Source of the DNA: a virus
Lineage: Duplodnaviria > Caudoviricetes
Strand: one strand, 5' to 3'
IMG/VR virus record: IMGVR_UViG_3300031760_000032
Coordinates: 1-64,000 of that record
DNA length: 64,000 bases
A program made the translations under genes and the position numbers. Below, in pieces: positions 28,821 through 38,438 of the stretch. Within the stretch, counting starts at the first letter, position 1. Each line of letters begins with the position of its first letter. Below the pieces are notes generated by a model. The model had not been told where the DNA came from and made no database searches. It was given only the letters and a program-made list of their open reading frames with translations.

Positions 28821-29838
28821 TACAATCATCCTCCTCATCATTTCTAAAGAATGGTATATTTGGTCTATTTGGAACACTTAACATAGTGATTCTGTGTGAT
28901 GAAAAGTAAGAAGAATTTCTATCTTCCCACTTATCATAACATGCAGATACAAAATTGTCCACCTCATCAAGGTCAGAGATATCAAATATACATACAGCAA
29001 TCTGTTCTCCTTTAGATGTGATACCTACGAGGAATACAATATTGTTAGAATGTAATGCTTTAGCTACAGCTTTCTTAAGAGCATCTATATCTCCCTGCAC
29101 AATATATTGATACTTCTTTTCTGGTGGAATCATTGCTTGTGGTGGAAATTCCTCTTCAAGTAAATCAAGAGCTTTATCAATAAAGTCATCTCTATCTTCG
29201 CTAGAAAACAGATAATGCTTTACTACATCATCAAATTTCTCGTAGAAACCTGATTCCTGTATTATATCTTTAAAGCCTTCTTCAGCACTCTCTACTTTTT
29301 CAATAGATTCTTCTGCTGCTTTAGTAATTGCTTCTACAAGTTCTATTTTTTGAGATTTTAATTTTTCTTTCTCTTGGAATTTATCTATATCGTGCTTGAT
29401 ATTACCTATAGTAGTAAGCATATGCTTATAATGAGAAATTTCTGCATATTTCTTAATCTTATCTCTGAGTTTATCAACAGATGCCTTGACTTCTTCATTT
29501 AATGCTTTGAATTCCTCATCTTCAATCTTTTCAGCCATCATATCAAGACCTTCTGTTATAATCTCGAAGAGTGCTACATCTCCAAAATTAAATTCTGTTG
29601 TTCCATAATGACAACGAACAATATCGACTACATCATCATAATCAACATACTCTGTTAAAAGACTTTCAGGACATTCAAAGATATCTCCGTTATTAACAGA
29701 GAGTACCACCCAGTAATTCTTCTTTTTAGCCTTTTTAATTGTAGTTACTACACTTGTACTTGCTGCCATGTTGCTCTCATTAAGAGCATCAAAGATGTAA
29801 GTAACTCCAGCATAAATCGGTTTTCTCTTTTCAAACAT
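28813..29838 (-). CDS. Hypothetical coiled-coil protein
   Basis: About 341 aa from ATG 29838, GGAGG SD. Confidence 0.6.
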   Translation of the reverse strand: MFEKRKPIYAGVTYIFDALNESNMAASTSVVTTIKKAKKKNYWVVLSVNNGDIFECPESLLTEYVDYDDVVDIVRCHYGTTEFNFGDVALFEIITEGLDMMAEKIEDEEFKALNEEVKASVDKLRDKIKKYAEISHYKHMLTTIGNIKHDIDKFQEKEKLKSQKIELVEAITKAAEESIEKVESAEEGFKDIIQESGFYEKFDDVVKHYLFSSEDRDDFIDKALDLLEEEFPPQAMIPPEKKYQYIVQGDIDALKKAVAKALHSNNIVFLVGITSKGEQIAVCIFDISDLDEVDNFVSACYDKWEDRNSSYFSSHRITMLSVPNRPNIPFFRNDEEDDCNE

Positions 29839-29865
29839 AATTAAGACCTCCAAAAATTTTATTAT

Positions 29866-29897
29866 AGACAGAGAGGAGTTAAGTCTCCTCTCTGTCT
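29866..29897 (-). terminator. Hairpin after the sigma-like gene
   Basis: AGACAGAGAGGAG / CTCCTCTCTGTCT stem. Confidence 0.6.
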
Positions 29898-29902
29898 TTA
29901 AA

Positions 29903-31483
29903 TCATACTTGAATAATAAATCTTAAGACTTCATCGATAAGAATATCTGATTCCATCTTAATATCCATACCATCAATATCCTTGTTATAATAATCTATAA
30001 CTTGGAATTTGCTACTAAGCATTGTTGCTACCAATGCTAGTATCTGTCTAATCTTCTTTTCGTCACCATTATACTTTTTCATGATTTCGTTATAGTATTC
30101 AGACTGTTCAAGTTTGATAAGCTCTTTCTTACAGAGAGTTGTTCTTTGAGAAATCTGAATAACATTACTTGCAAAAATATAAGGTAACAGACGCATACCA
30201 CTATTAAGCATATGACGTTTACCTGCGATTATAAGCGTAATATATTGGTCTGCATTAATAGAATTGATGCTTACTGTATCACCAAAATACTTGTAAAACA
30301 TGTTATTCACAAGATTCTGTTGGAATCTATTGATAACAGGTCTTCCATGTTTGGTGAGTTCTCTCTTATAATAATCAATCTCTGCTTGTTCAAATGGTCC
30401 AAACTTTGCAACGATTGATTCCATAATCTTCTCACATCTGAAGTCATTCTGAATAAGAAGAGATTCATCTGTCTTAATAAGATGAGCCTCGAACTTATCA
30501 ATCTGAGAAGTATTATCTTCTCCATCTCTTTTACTACTACTGAGAGATGAATAGTCGTATTCATAACTGATATCAGAAATATTATACTTGATATTATTAC
30601 GAACACTTGATATGTTATAACTCACTATATTACCATTATAGGTATACTTAGGCATTACTTGCATAATAGTAGTATTGATAGCATCATTCGAATTAATGGT
30701 AGGTGAGTATCCTCTAATCTCACTAATAGTCCAAAGAATCTTATTTGTCTTATAGTGAGATTGCATTGTTGTGCTTGCAGTTTCATAAAGCTTTGCATAC
30801 ATATCTGCAGGCTTTAATCCTCTAGCAGCCATTTTATCGAAGTCTACATATACTTCGAATAACCAATTGTATACAGTAAAGATAATCTCATGAATCTTCT
30901 CTGTAGAAGTGATTCGATTTCTGTATACAAAATGCATAATCAGTGGGATAAGCATATTCATAAAGAGACTCATCTCCATAAAATACTTACCGTGATTATT
31001 ATTATACTGAAGTCCCTCATTACTTTTATTCTTGTAATTCAGGTCAAGCTGGTAATTTGTACTTACCATATTCCATGCTTTATTATACATAGAATCTGAC
31101 AGGATATATGTTTTAATATCGCTTAAGAAATCTTGAAGAGTATAAGCTCTAATAAGATTCCCATTATTATCAATAAATCCTGTGTCCATAAGCTGCTTCA
31201 TTCTAAACATATAGAACAGCAGCTCATGTTCTGAATCGAAATACTTTTCAAAGTAATTCATATACTGACAGATGTGAGCTCTAACTTCATCAGAGTTATA
31301 ACATCTTTTCGGGGTCAGCATAAAGCTGTCCAGTACTTTGCTTTCTTCAATACCGAAGAAGCGAGATACTGGTAAGATAATTGCATTCTTACATTCTCTA
31401 AAAATTCTTTCCTCCTCTCTCGGATACCATTCATCTACTCTAGGTAGAAATGATGGTGACATTAATATTTCGTAAAGTTCCAT
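29903..31483 (-). CDS. Probable non-virion RNAP promoter-specificity (sigma-like) subunit, AR9 gp226 / phiKZ gp68 family
   Basis: 526 aa; FFG...KRCY, YQLDLN...LQ, LIPLIMHF, KLYE...ILWT, SQIDKFE and C-terminal DEVLRFIIQV match the AR9 gp226 pattern as recalled; early-type promoter at 31526-33. Confidence 0.65.
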   Translation of the reverse strand: MELYEILMSPSFLPRVDEWYPREEERIFRECKNAIILPVSRFFGIEESKVLDSFMLTPKRCYNSDEVRAHICQYMNYFEKYFDSEHELLFYMFRMKQLMDTGFIDNNGNLIRAYTLQDFLSDIKTYILSDSMYNKAWNMVSTNYQLDLNYKNKSNEGLQYNNNHGKYFMEMSLFMNMLIPLIMHFVYRNRITSTEKIHEIIFTVYNWLFEVYVDFDKMAARGLKPADMYAKLYETASTTMQSHYKTNKILWTISEIRGYSPTINSNDAINTTIMQVMPKYTYNGNIVSYNISSVRNNIKYNISDISYEYDYSSLSSSKRDGEDNTSQIDKFEAHLIKTDESLLIQNDFRCEKIMESIVAKFGPFEQAEIDYYKRELTKHGRPVINRFQQNLVNNMFYKYFGDTVSINSINADQYITLIIAGKRHMLNSGMRLLPYIFASNVIQISQRTTLCKKELIKLEQSEYYNEIMKKYNGDEKKIRQILALVATMLSSKFQVIDYYNKDIDGMDIKMESDILIDEVLRFIIQV

Positions 31484-31538
31484 ATAAATACCTCCTATTC
31501 ATATAGAGATTGTATTTACGCAATAATAGTATACAATC

Positions 31539-32315
31539 TTATCTCTTTTTAACCTTTTTAATGGTTGAAGTAGTCTTGGTTTTACCTACAATCTTAGTAA
31601 TCTTAGGTTTAAGTGTATCTAATGGATTCTCACCAATAAGATTCTTAGATTTGATTACTTTACTTTTGGGTTCCTCTTTGATTCCTTTTTCTTTTTGCTC
31701 TTTTGTAATTTTATTACGTTCCTGGAGCTTTTTATCAAAACTTGGAATAGTACCAGCAAGTTTGACAATACCACCGCTAGAGGCAATTCTATTGAGTGTA
31801 TCTTTCTCAAACAGATTCTCTCTATTCATAACGATATAAGCAAAGTAAAGTGATTTATTATAACCCATAGCATTATCGGGATTTCGCATTGTAGGTTTTT
31901 GTACAAGACATCTGAATGGGAGATGTTTTTCAAGGTCAGAAATTAAAACTCCATGAGTCTTAAATGTGTATGCATATGTATATACGAAATTAGTATCATT
32001 AGAAAAGAATCTAACGTTATATTTCTTAATGCTTCTATTAGCAGACGAATCACCCTCGTTCTGAGTAAATTCTACCACTACATCATTGAAAAAACCTTTA
32101 GTAGAAGATGGAATGAGAAAGTGAATATAATATAACTGTTTACCACCAGTCTTAGTCTGTCTATAAACAGTATACTTCACTTTATCATTTCTACTTTCAA
32201 GTGACATAAGTTCTTTTTCATAAGGCTCACTATTAGAAGCCATAGAATTAACTGCACTACCTCTGCCAGAAGGATTAGCAATATAGTCGTCAAACGTATA
32301 TTTTAATTTAGCCAT
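31539..32315 (-). CDS. Conserved jumbo-phage hypothetical protein, basic C-terminus
   Basis: Start refined to ATG 32315 (MAKLKY); RFFSND..FVYTYAY and RNP motifs. Confidence 0.6.
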   Translation of the reverse strand: MAKLKYTFDDYIANPSGRGSAVNSMASNSEPYEKELMSLESRNDKVKYTVYRQTKTGGKQLYYIHFLIPSSTKGFFNDVVVEFTQNEGDSSANRSIKKYNVRFFSNDTNFVYTYAYTFKTHGVLISDLEKHLPFRCLVQKPTMRNPDNAMGYNKSLYFAYIVMNRENLFEKDTLNRIASSGGIVKLAGTIPSFDKKLQERNKITKEQKEKGIKEEPKSKVIKSKNLIGENPLDTLKPKITKIVGKTKTTSTIKKVKKR

Positions 32316-32440
32316 ATATAATGTTCCTTTCTGAGAAATATTTATAGTTAAGTTTCTACACCTGTAAAAACAAATCATTAGATATATACTATATCTATGA
32401 TAGACAATCTATCATAAAATTTTTTAAGGAGGTACTTATT

Positions 32441-33358
32441 ATGAGTACAAAAATTCTCGACATTATTAAAAATGCAGACCCTAAGAAGGATATAATCACC
32501 CTTGTTACACATAAGGGTAAGTTTCATTCTGATGATGTAATGGCTACTGCTATTCTTAAGATTATCTTTGAGAAGGAACTTAAATTCAAGACAAATCTTG
32601 TACGTACTTTTACTCCTAAAGAGGATGGTTATGATGATGATACTCCTAATACTGTAGTATATGATATCGGTCTTGGTCAGTATGACCATCATCAGATAGG
32701 AGAAGATGCAAAGCATTGTATCAGACTTGACAAATATCTGGACGAATATGGTATTGAACATACAGCTATCAGAAAACATGCTGCAGTTGGTCTTATTTGG
32801 AATGAGATTGGTATACAGTGGATTGGAGAGAAATATGCCCCTGTAATCTATGATTCTATTATCCGTTCCATTGATGACCACGATAACGGATTTGGTCATA
32901 ATCCTTTATCTACACTTATCAGTAATTTTAATCCAAATATCCTTAATCCTACAGATGAGATGTTTGATGAAGCTTTCAATAAAGCTGTTTCTCTCTGTAT
33001 TAGTTTCTTTATGCGTACTATTACTCATTATAGATTTATTCAGAGATGTGAAAAAACTCTTGTTGCTGAAGCGGATAAAAGTGATGGAGTGTGCCTTATA
33101 ACAGATTATTATTTACCTGGAGCTGATGATATCTGTAGAGAAAGAAATATCCCATTTTATGTATATCCGAATCAGAGAGGTGGATGGTGTTTCAAAACTA
33201 TCTCTGTATCCGCCGAGGATATGAATACACACCTCTGCGATATTCCTGATGATGTACGTAACTGGGAAGGTGTAACATTCCTACATCCTAGTTGCTTCCT
33301 TGGCTCAGCTGTAACTAAGGAAAGAGCAATTGAGATTTGTCATAAAATCTATTCTTGA
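32441..33358 (+). CDS. MYG1 (UPF0160) family DHH-type hydrolase/exonuclease
   Basis: THKGKFHSDDV, VYDIG...YDHHQ, GLIW, IDDHDNG, FLHPSCF motifs; own early promoter and terminator. Confidence 0.85.
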   Translation: MSTKILDIIKNADPKKDIITLVTHKGKFHSDDVMATAILKIIFEKELKFKTNLVRTFTPKEDGYDDDTPNTVVYDIGLGQYDHHQIGEDAKHCIRLDKYLDEYGIEHTAIRKHAAVGLIWNEIGIQWIGEKYAPVIYDSIIRSIDDHDNGFGHNPLSTLISNFNPNILNPTDEMFDEAFNKAVSLCISFFMRTITHYRFIQRCEKTLVAEADKSDGVCLITDYYLPGADDICRERNIPFYVYPNQRGGWCFKTISVSAEDMNTHLCDIPDDVRNWEGVTFLHPSCFLGSAVTKERAIEICHKIYS

Positions 33359-33367
33359 TGAAAGTAA

Positions 33368-33401
33368 AACGGGTACTGTTATCAGTACCCGTTATTTTTT
33401 T
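33368..33401 (+). terminator. Intrinsic terminator
   Basis: AACGGGTACTG / CAGTACCCGTT plus T tract. Confidence 0.8.
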
Positions 33402-33445
33402 AATACAGAAACAATTTAGTAATATATGAAAGGAGGTTATCTCCT

Positions 33446-33877
33446 ATGGCTACTGATGGTAAATATACAGATTACTTTGTGGATAAAACTGAACCACTGT
33501 TATCTGTAGATAAATACTATAAACCTCTTGTTGCTAAGGATGAAAATTATGCGACATTATTACTAGTAAGATTGATTCTGTTAGAACCTGGAACTATTCA
33601 AACACACCCAGATTGCGGTGTAGGTTTAGTTTCTAAATTCAGATATGCTACCGACGTAGATATGATTGAATTACAGAAAAGAATTAAAGACCAAATCATG
33701 TTATATTTACCTCAATACTCACTTGTCAATGTAAAGTGTGAATTGGGTGATAATAAAACTGGTGATGAGAAAGTCATCAAAATTTATATTACATCTGAGC
33801 AACTCAATGTCTTTTTACCAATCAATGTAGAGACAGGTGAGGTCTTAGAAACTACAAAATTAAGTGATTTTAGATAA
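33446..33877 (+). CDS. Baseplate wedge gp25-like protein
   Basis: RLILLEPGT...HPDCGVGL, typical of the gp25/GPW family; late promoter at 33410-21. Confidence 0.65.
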   Translation: MATDGKYTDYFVDKTEPLLSVDKYYKPLVAKDENYATLLLVRLILLEPGTIQTHPDCGVGLVSKFRYATDVDMIELQKRIKDQIMLYLPQYSLVNVKCELGDNKTGDEKVIKIYITSEQLNVFLPINVETGEVLETTKLSDFR

Positions 33878-33901
33878 GTATTGCATAAGGAGGAAATTAT
33901 T

Positions 33902-35629
33902 ATGTCTGAAAACGTAACTCTATCTGAGCTTGCTAACGGTGCTGTTCCTACTGCTACACCAGTTGGCATGCCAGCAAAGCCAAAGCTCAACACTAAAAAT
34001 GTAAAGGAAGCTAATCTTGCCGAAGTTGTACTTCCTGGTGATGATGGTTCTGTAGTAGGTAAGGGTACAGGTAACCCAATGCTCGATGCAGCATTTGAAG
34101 GTCTTGATTCTACTATTGATAGACTTGCTACAGAATCTACTGAACTTATCGAAAAGGGTAATGAAGAGAGAATTGAACAGGCTATCGAAAATGGTGATGC
34201 TGATATTGATGATGACGATGATGTTAATGTAATCGCTGCTCAAACAATTAAGGTTAATACATTTGATGATGTACAGCTTAAGAGTACTTCTTCTAATCCT
34301 GTAGAAGTAGTAGCACCTTCTGAGACAGTATCCATTACTAAGCCAGCTATGGTAGAACAGGAAGTAGATGTATCTGCTCCAGTTGCTGGTACTAAGAAGG
34401 AAACCATTTCTATGGTGCAGGATGCGTCTGTATATGATGCTGTCAATGCTACAGATGATGAAGACGACCATCTTTTTGATGGTATCGATGATGAAGATAT
34501 GAAGTTCCTTGATGATGATGAATCTTCTGATGACACAACTGAGTCTGATGAAGAGGATGATGCTAAGGCAAAGCAGGAAGCTATTAAGCAGAATATCAGA
34601 CAGGAAATTAATCATAACTTTAATCCTGTTGCTCATAAGCTTGACCTTAAGAATTTCACAATCTCTAAGAAGCCTATCAATGCTTCTAAGATTATCAATG
34701 AGATTAAGACTAGAGCTATTGAATGTGCAGATGGTGTTCTGTGGTCTGAAAAGCGTGCAGTAAGAATGTCTGCATTTAAGCCTATGGAAATTCAGTCTCT
34801 TGACCCACAGCTGCTTCGTGGTAATAATGCAAACTATAATAAGTTCATTGAGAATAAGCTTAAGCTTATCTATGAGCATATTATTGATGCTAATAAGCCT
34901 AAGACTTTTGAAGCATGGGCTATGATTACACCTAATACTGTAATGGATGATTATATGTTTACTGCATATAAGGCTACATTCGGTACAGCAAACATTGTTA
35001 CATTCAATTGTAATGATGATAATTGTAATAATATATTCATGGAAAATGTACCAGTACATTCTATGATTAAGTTTACCGATGATAAGAAGAAGGAAGAATA
35101 TATGACTATCCTTACTCAGGGTAATACAGATTCTACCACTTCTGAATATAAGGTTGACCTATATCAAGCTTCCGATGATTATGTATTTGGTCTCAAGATT
35201 CCGTCTCTTTATAATACTTATATTGAACCTACTCTTGTTGACCAGAAATTCGCTTCTAAGTATGAAGACTTAATTCTTCTGTTGACTTATATTGATTCTG
35301 TATATAGAATTGATTATAATACTCGTCAACTTATTCCTATTGATACTAGACCTGTAGCTGATAAGGTACTTACTTATAAGCGTCGTGTAAAGACATATGC
35401 TACTATCCTTAAGTCTCTTACTTCTGACCAGCTTCAGGCACTTTCTGTAGAAACTGATAAGTATGATGCTGGTACACTCGATGATGACGGTAATCTTGTT
35501 AGAGATATTACTTATGTATATCCTGAACGTCGTTGTCCTAAGTGTGGTAAGAAAATCGACGAGGTTGAGGTAAATCCTGATAACTTACTTTTTACCAGAC
35601 ATCAGCTGGGTCTTATGAAAAAGATATAA
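33902..35629 (+). CDS. Baseplate hub assembly / tail assembly chaperone-like protein (T4 gp26/gp51-like C-terminal part)
   Basis: Acidic disordered N-terminus; D-YMFTAYKATF...FNCNDDNC and RCPKCG motifs; start refined to ATG 33902. Confidence 0.5.
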   Translation: MSENVTLSELANGAVPTATPVGMPAKPKLNTKNVKEANLAEVVLPGDDGSVVGKGTGNPMLDAAFEGLDSTIDRLATESTELIEKGNEERIEQAIENGDADIDDDDDVNVIAAQTIKVNTFDDVQLKSTSSNPVEVVAPSETVSITKPAMVEQEVDVSAPVAGTKKETISMVQDASVYDAVNATDDEDDHLFDGIDDEDMKFLDDDESSDDTTESDEEDDAKAKQEAIKQNIRQEINHNFNPVAHKLDLKNFTISKKPINASKIINEIKTRAIECADGVLWSEKRAVRMSAFKPMEIQSLDPQLLRGNNANYNKFIENKLKLIYEHIIDANKPKTFEAWAMITPNTVMDDYMFTAYKATFGTANIVTFNCNDDNCNNIFMENVPVHSMIKFTDDKKKEEYMTILTQGNTDSTTSEYKVDLYQASDDYVFGLKIPSLYNTYIEPTLVDQKFASKYEDLILLLTYIDSVYRIDYNTRQLIPIDTRPVADKVLTYKRRVKTYATILKSLTSDQLQALSVETDKYDAGTLDDDGNLVRDITYVYPERRCPKCGKKIDEVEVNPDNLLFTRHQLGLMKKI

Positions 35630-35820
35630 GAAAACTTGAACAATTAAGCACTTATTATAAAGGACGGGTATCTCTTATGGAATTATATGAGATGCCCGTT
35701 GCTATGTGTCAAGTCTTATATATGATTGCCTTCGAAAAAATGCAAAGTGAAGAAGGTAAGAAAGAAGCTCAAGCTGATGCTGTAGAAGAAGTAATGGAAG
35801 AGGGAGGGTTAATACCATAA
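35584..35820 (+). CDS. Open -1 frame overlapping the end of the chaperone gene (candidate frameshift extension)
   Basis: Hand translation ...KDIRKLEQLSTYYKGRVSLMELYEMPVAMCQVLY...GGLIP*; frame open from 35584; G AAA AAG at 35617-23. Confidence 0.55.
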   Translation, partial: LTFYQTSAGSYEKDIRKLEQLSTYYKGRVSLMELYEMPVAMCQVLYMIAFEKMQSEEGKKEAQADAVEEVMEEGGLIP

Positions 35821-36131
35821 TGACCAACGATATCTTGAGTTTTACAAAACAAATATCTGGTATTGACCTTGTCGATTACGTTATAAACTACGTTGACCAA
35901 AATATGATTGCATACTCATTGCTCAAAAACATGAGTTTTGATATTAAGACTTGTGTTGATGGTACATGTGTAGTATATGATATTAGCAATCTATCTGACA
36001 TTGATATGACTACTATCAAGTCATTACCAGATAATCAAATTGTATATCTATATGGAAAAGCATATAGAGTAGAGTTTGCAATACAAGATGGTTACAACAA
36101 GCTACTGATTACTATTATGCTTTTGAATTAA
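35820..36131 (+). CDS. Hypothetical protein
   Basis: 103 aa, GGAGG SD within the preceding frame. Confidence 0.65.
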   Translation: MTNDILSFTKQISGIDLVDYVINYVDQNMIAYSLLKNMSFDIKTCVDGTCVVYDISNLSDIDMTTIKSLPDNQIVYLYGKAYRVEFAIQDGYNKLLITIMLLN

Positions 36132-36238
36132 TATATACGATGCTAGACTTTGGTCTAGCATCTTTCTTTTGTATTATATATTATATTAGCGATAGTACAT
36201 AACACTATCGTAAAATATTTTGAAAGGAGCATGTTATC

Positions 36239-36865
36239 ATGCAAAAAGAACAATACAATCTTAATAACCCAATGGAAAGGGCTAGAATCATAATTGATTC
36301 TTTAAATAATTTTAAATGCAAAAAGGTGATTCTAATGGCACCAGCATCACTTACTTATACGTTCAATAACATTGTAGAAGCATTAGAGTTCATATTCTAC
36401 CATACACAAGAGGTAGACTATAGAGGTACATTCCTCGAAGCTCATATTACAGAAAGACCTTGTAATGTTTATATAAGGTCTGATTATGGGTCTTATACAA
36501 TTAAGAAACTTTCAGACTTCGAATATAAATATGACCCTAACGAAGATGAAAGATTCGTTAGCGATGAGAAATTCAAGATTGAACTTATGGAAAGAGAGTT
36601 CAACAGCCAATTCACAACTAATGAGCTTGAAGATAGAATGACAAATCAAGCTCTTGATATGCTCAATGATTCTAATATGCACACTATGATTGAGCATAAA
36701 CTAGAACAGTTCCTTAACCGTTATTTTAACGGTCAGTGGTTATCATATTGTGTTGAGTCTAGACAACTCGATGCAATTTCTACACAGTATACTTTACGTG
36801 TAAAGTATAATAGTGGTGAAACAATAGAGTTGAATAAGCCACAGATATCTCTTAAGAAGAAGTAA
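36239..36865 (+). CDS. Hypothetical early protein
   Basis: 208 aa; TATATTAT promoter 36177-84, hairpin, SD, terminator 36870-36900. Confidence 0.65.
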   Translation: MQKEQYNLNNPMERARIIIDSLNNFKCKKVILMAPASLTYTFNNIVEALEFIFYHTQEVDYRGTFLEAHITERPCNVYIRSDYGSYTIKKLSDFEYKYDPNEDERFVSDEKFKIELMEREFNSQFTTNELEDRMTNQALDMLNDSNMHTMIEHKLEQFLNRYFNGQWLSYCVESRQLDAISTQYTLRVKYNSGETIELNKPQISLKKK

Positions 36866-36941
36866 ATATAAAGGGTGGTTAACTCCACCCTTTGTTTTTT
36901 GGTATCTTTAACATTTAAGTAATATGAAGGGAGGAGATTAT

Positions 36942-37718
36942 ATGCCAATTAATAAGATGAATCTCTTGCTTAACAAGATAGAAAGGCGTCTAGGAACAAA
37001 GCCATTAATGCTTCCTGAAGATATTGCCAAGGATAAGTGGGTAGATGAAGTAATTATTCCAGACACACTATTAACGTTTAGTCGTTACTTTCCTCATATG
37101 GTAAGGATTATGGTTGATACTAATGATAAAGCTAATAAGAGGAATGGTTATTTTTTAATTAATACGGATTTGCTCGGTGGTGCTGAATTGCTTGGCGTAA
37201 GAGATATTGCGTGGGATGTATATGGAAAAGAAGATGCATTAGCACAACAATCATCTTTAGGATATTATGATTATATGTCAGCATATAATAATTACAGCAT
37301 GGATGATACGATGCTCTTAAGCGGTAGGGCAGATATGACATCTGTATTTAATAATACTATATTTGTAGATTTTAAAGAGCCTAATATGATTAGATTACAG
37401 AGTGTTACGACAGGAGACATAACTGGAGGCTTAGGTTGCATACCTTTAGATTGTTTTGTTACACATCCTGTTAATTTAATGACTATTTCACCTACTAAAA
37501 TGGGTGTATTTGAAAATCTTGCTACAGCAGATGTAGCATCTTTTCTAGTAGCATATTTACAACACTATGATGGACTTGAAACAGTGTTTGCTGGTGTTGA
37601 CCTTAAATTAAACTTCCTTGAAAATTGGGCTGGTCGTAGAGAAGATTTCATAAATGAACTTAAGGAAGCATATGTTAGTCCTAGTAATGATAATCAGCCA
37701 ATTATGTATTGTGTTTAA
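36942..37718 (+). CDS. Putative neck / head-tail connector protein
   Basis: KIERRLG...DTLLTFSRYFP and C-terminal WAGRREDFINEL pattern; late promoter 36910-21. Confidence 0.45.
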   Translation: MPINKMNLLLNKIERRLGTKPLMLPEDIAKDKWVDEVIIPDTLLTFSRYFPHMVRIMVDTNDKANKRNGYFLINTDLLGGAELLGVRDIAWDVYGKEDALAQQSSLGYYDYMSAYNNYSMDDTMLLSGRADMTSVFNNTIFVDFKEPNMIRLQSVTTGDITGGLGCIPLDCFVTHPVNLMTISPTKMGVFENLATADVASFLVAYLQHYDGLETVFAGVDLKLNFLENWAGRREDFINELKEAYVSPSNDNQPIMYCV

Positions 37719-37802
37719 AATAATCATTATTTGTATATTATATTTGTGATAGGACCCAGTTCCTATCACAAATATTTTATCTAGAAAGGAGGTGTCTTCA
37801 TA

Positions 37803-38048
37803 ATGGAGAACAAAATTACAATGACTACGAATAATAACGGTTCACGTTATCCTTTTGACGATGAATCAAAAGATGTTTTTAATGTCACTCTTCATGTTGA
37901 CAAAAAAGCTCTTGAAGGGATGACATATGGACAGATTATCGCTGCAATTACATTGGCAGTATCGGAAAAGTTAGTTGTAGCACCGTCCAAAAGAACATTC
38001 TATCCCCAAGGGTTGTACAATATTAATGTAAAATCAATACTATTGTAG
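37803..38048 (+). CDS. Hypothetical protein (possibly frameshift-truncated)
   Basis: 81 aa, AAAGGAGG SD, early promoter 37734-41. Confidence 0.5.
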   Translation: MENKITMTTNNNGSRYPFDDESKDVFNVTLHVDKKALEGMTYGQIIAAITLAVSEKLVVAPSKRTFYPQGLYNINVKSILL

Positions 38049-38176
38049 AACCCGATAGTATCTGCTTGGTAATGGAGAATAATCCATTTGAACCAACAGA
38101 TAAAGATAATATTGGACCTTTCAGCATCGTAGTTGAAGCTGGAGAATTTATGGGTCCTGAAGATTGAGGTGATATT

Positions 38177-38434
38177 ATGAAATCTAATTATCGTCCTAAA
38201 CCAGAGTTTTTATGGAATGAGAAGAAACAGATTTTGGATACTGTAACAACCAATGAAAAGTTATTGTACAATAGTCTTATACCATATAAACATATAAAGT
38301 TCATAAGTGAACATCCTGATGAGTTTATTACCAGTTCTAATAATGGTGATGGTACTCATATTGCTACGATGACTTTACAAACTCTTTGTAAGCTTATGAT
38401 GAGCACTGATAAACAACATAAAGGAGGAAAATAA
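38177..38434 (+). CDS. Hypothetical protein
   Basis: 85 aa, GAGGTG SD. Confidence 0.6.
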   Translation: MKSNYRPKPEFLWNEKKQILDTVTTNEKLLYNSLIPYKHIKFISEHPDEFITSSNNGDGTHIATMTLQTLCKLMMSTDKQHKGGK

Positions 38435-38438
38435 TAAT

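Noticed and set aside
33920-35059. 379 aa minus-strand ORF
   Set aside because: Mirror frame of a strongly codon-biased gene; Ile/His/Phe-rich composition typical of antisense artefacts. The same applies to the overlapping ORFs inside the sheath, tube, portal and GroEL genes.
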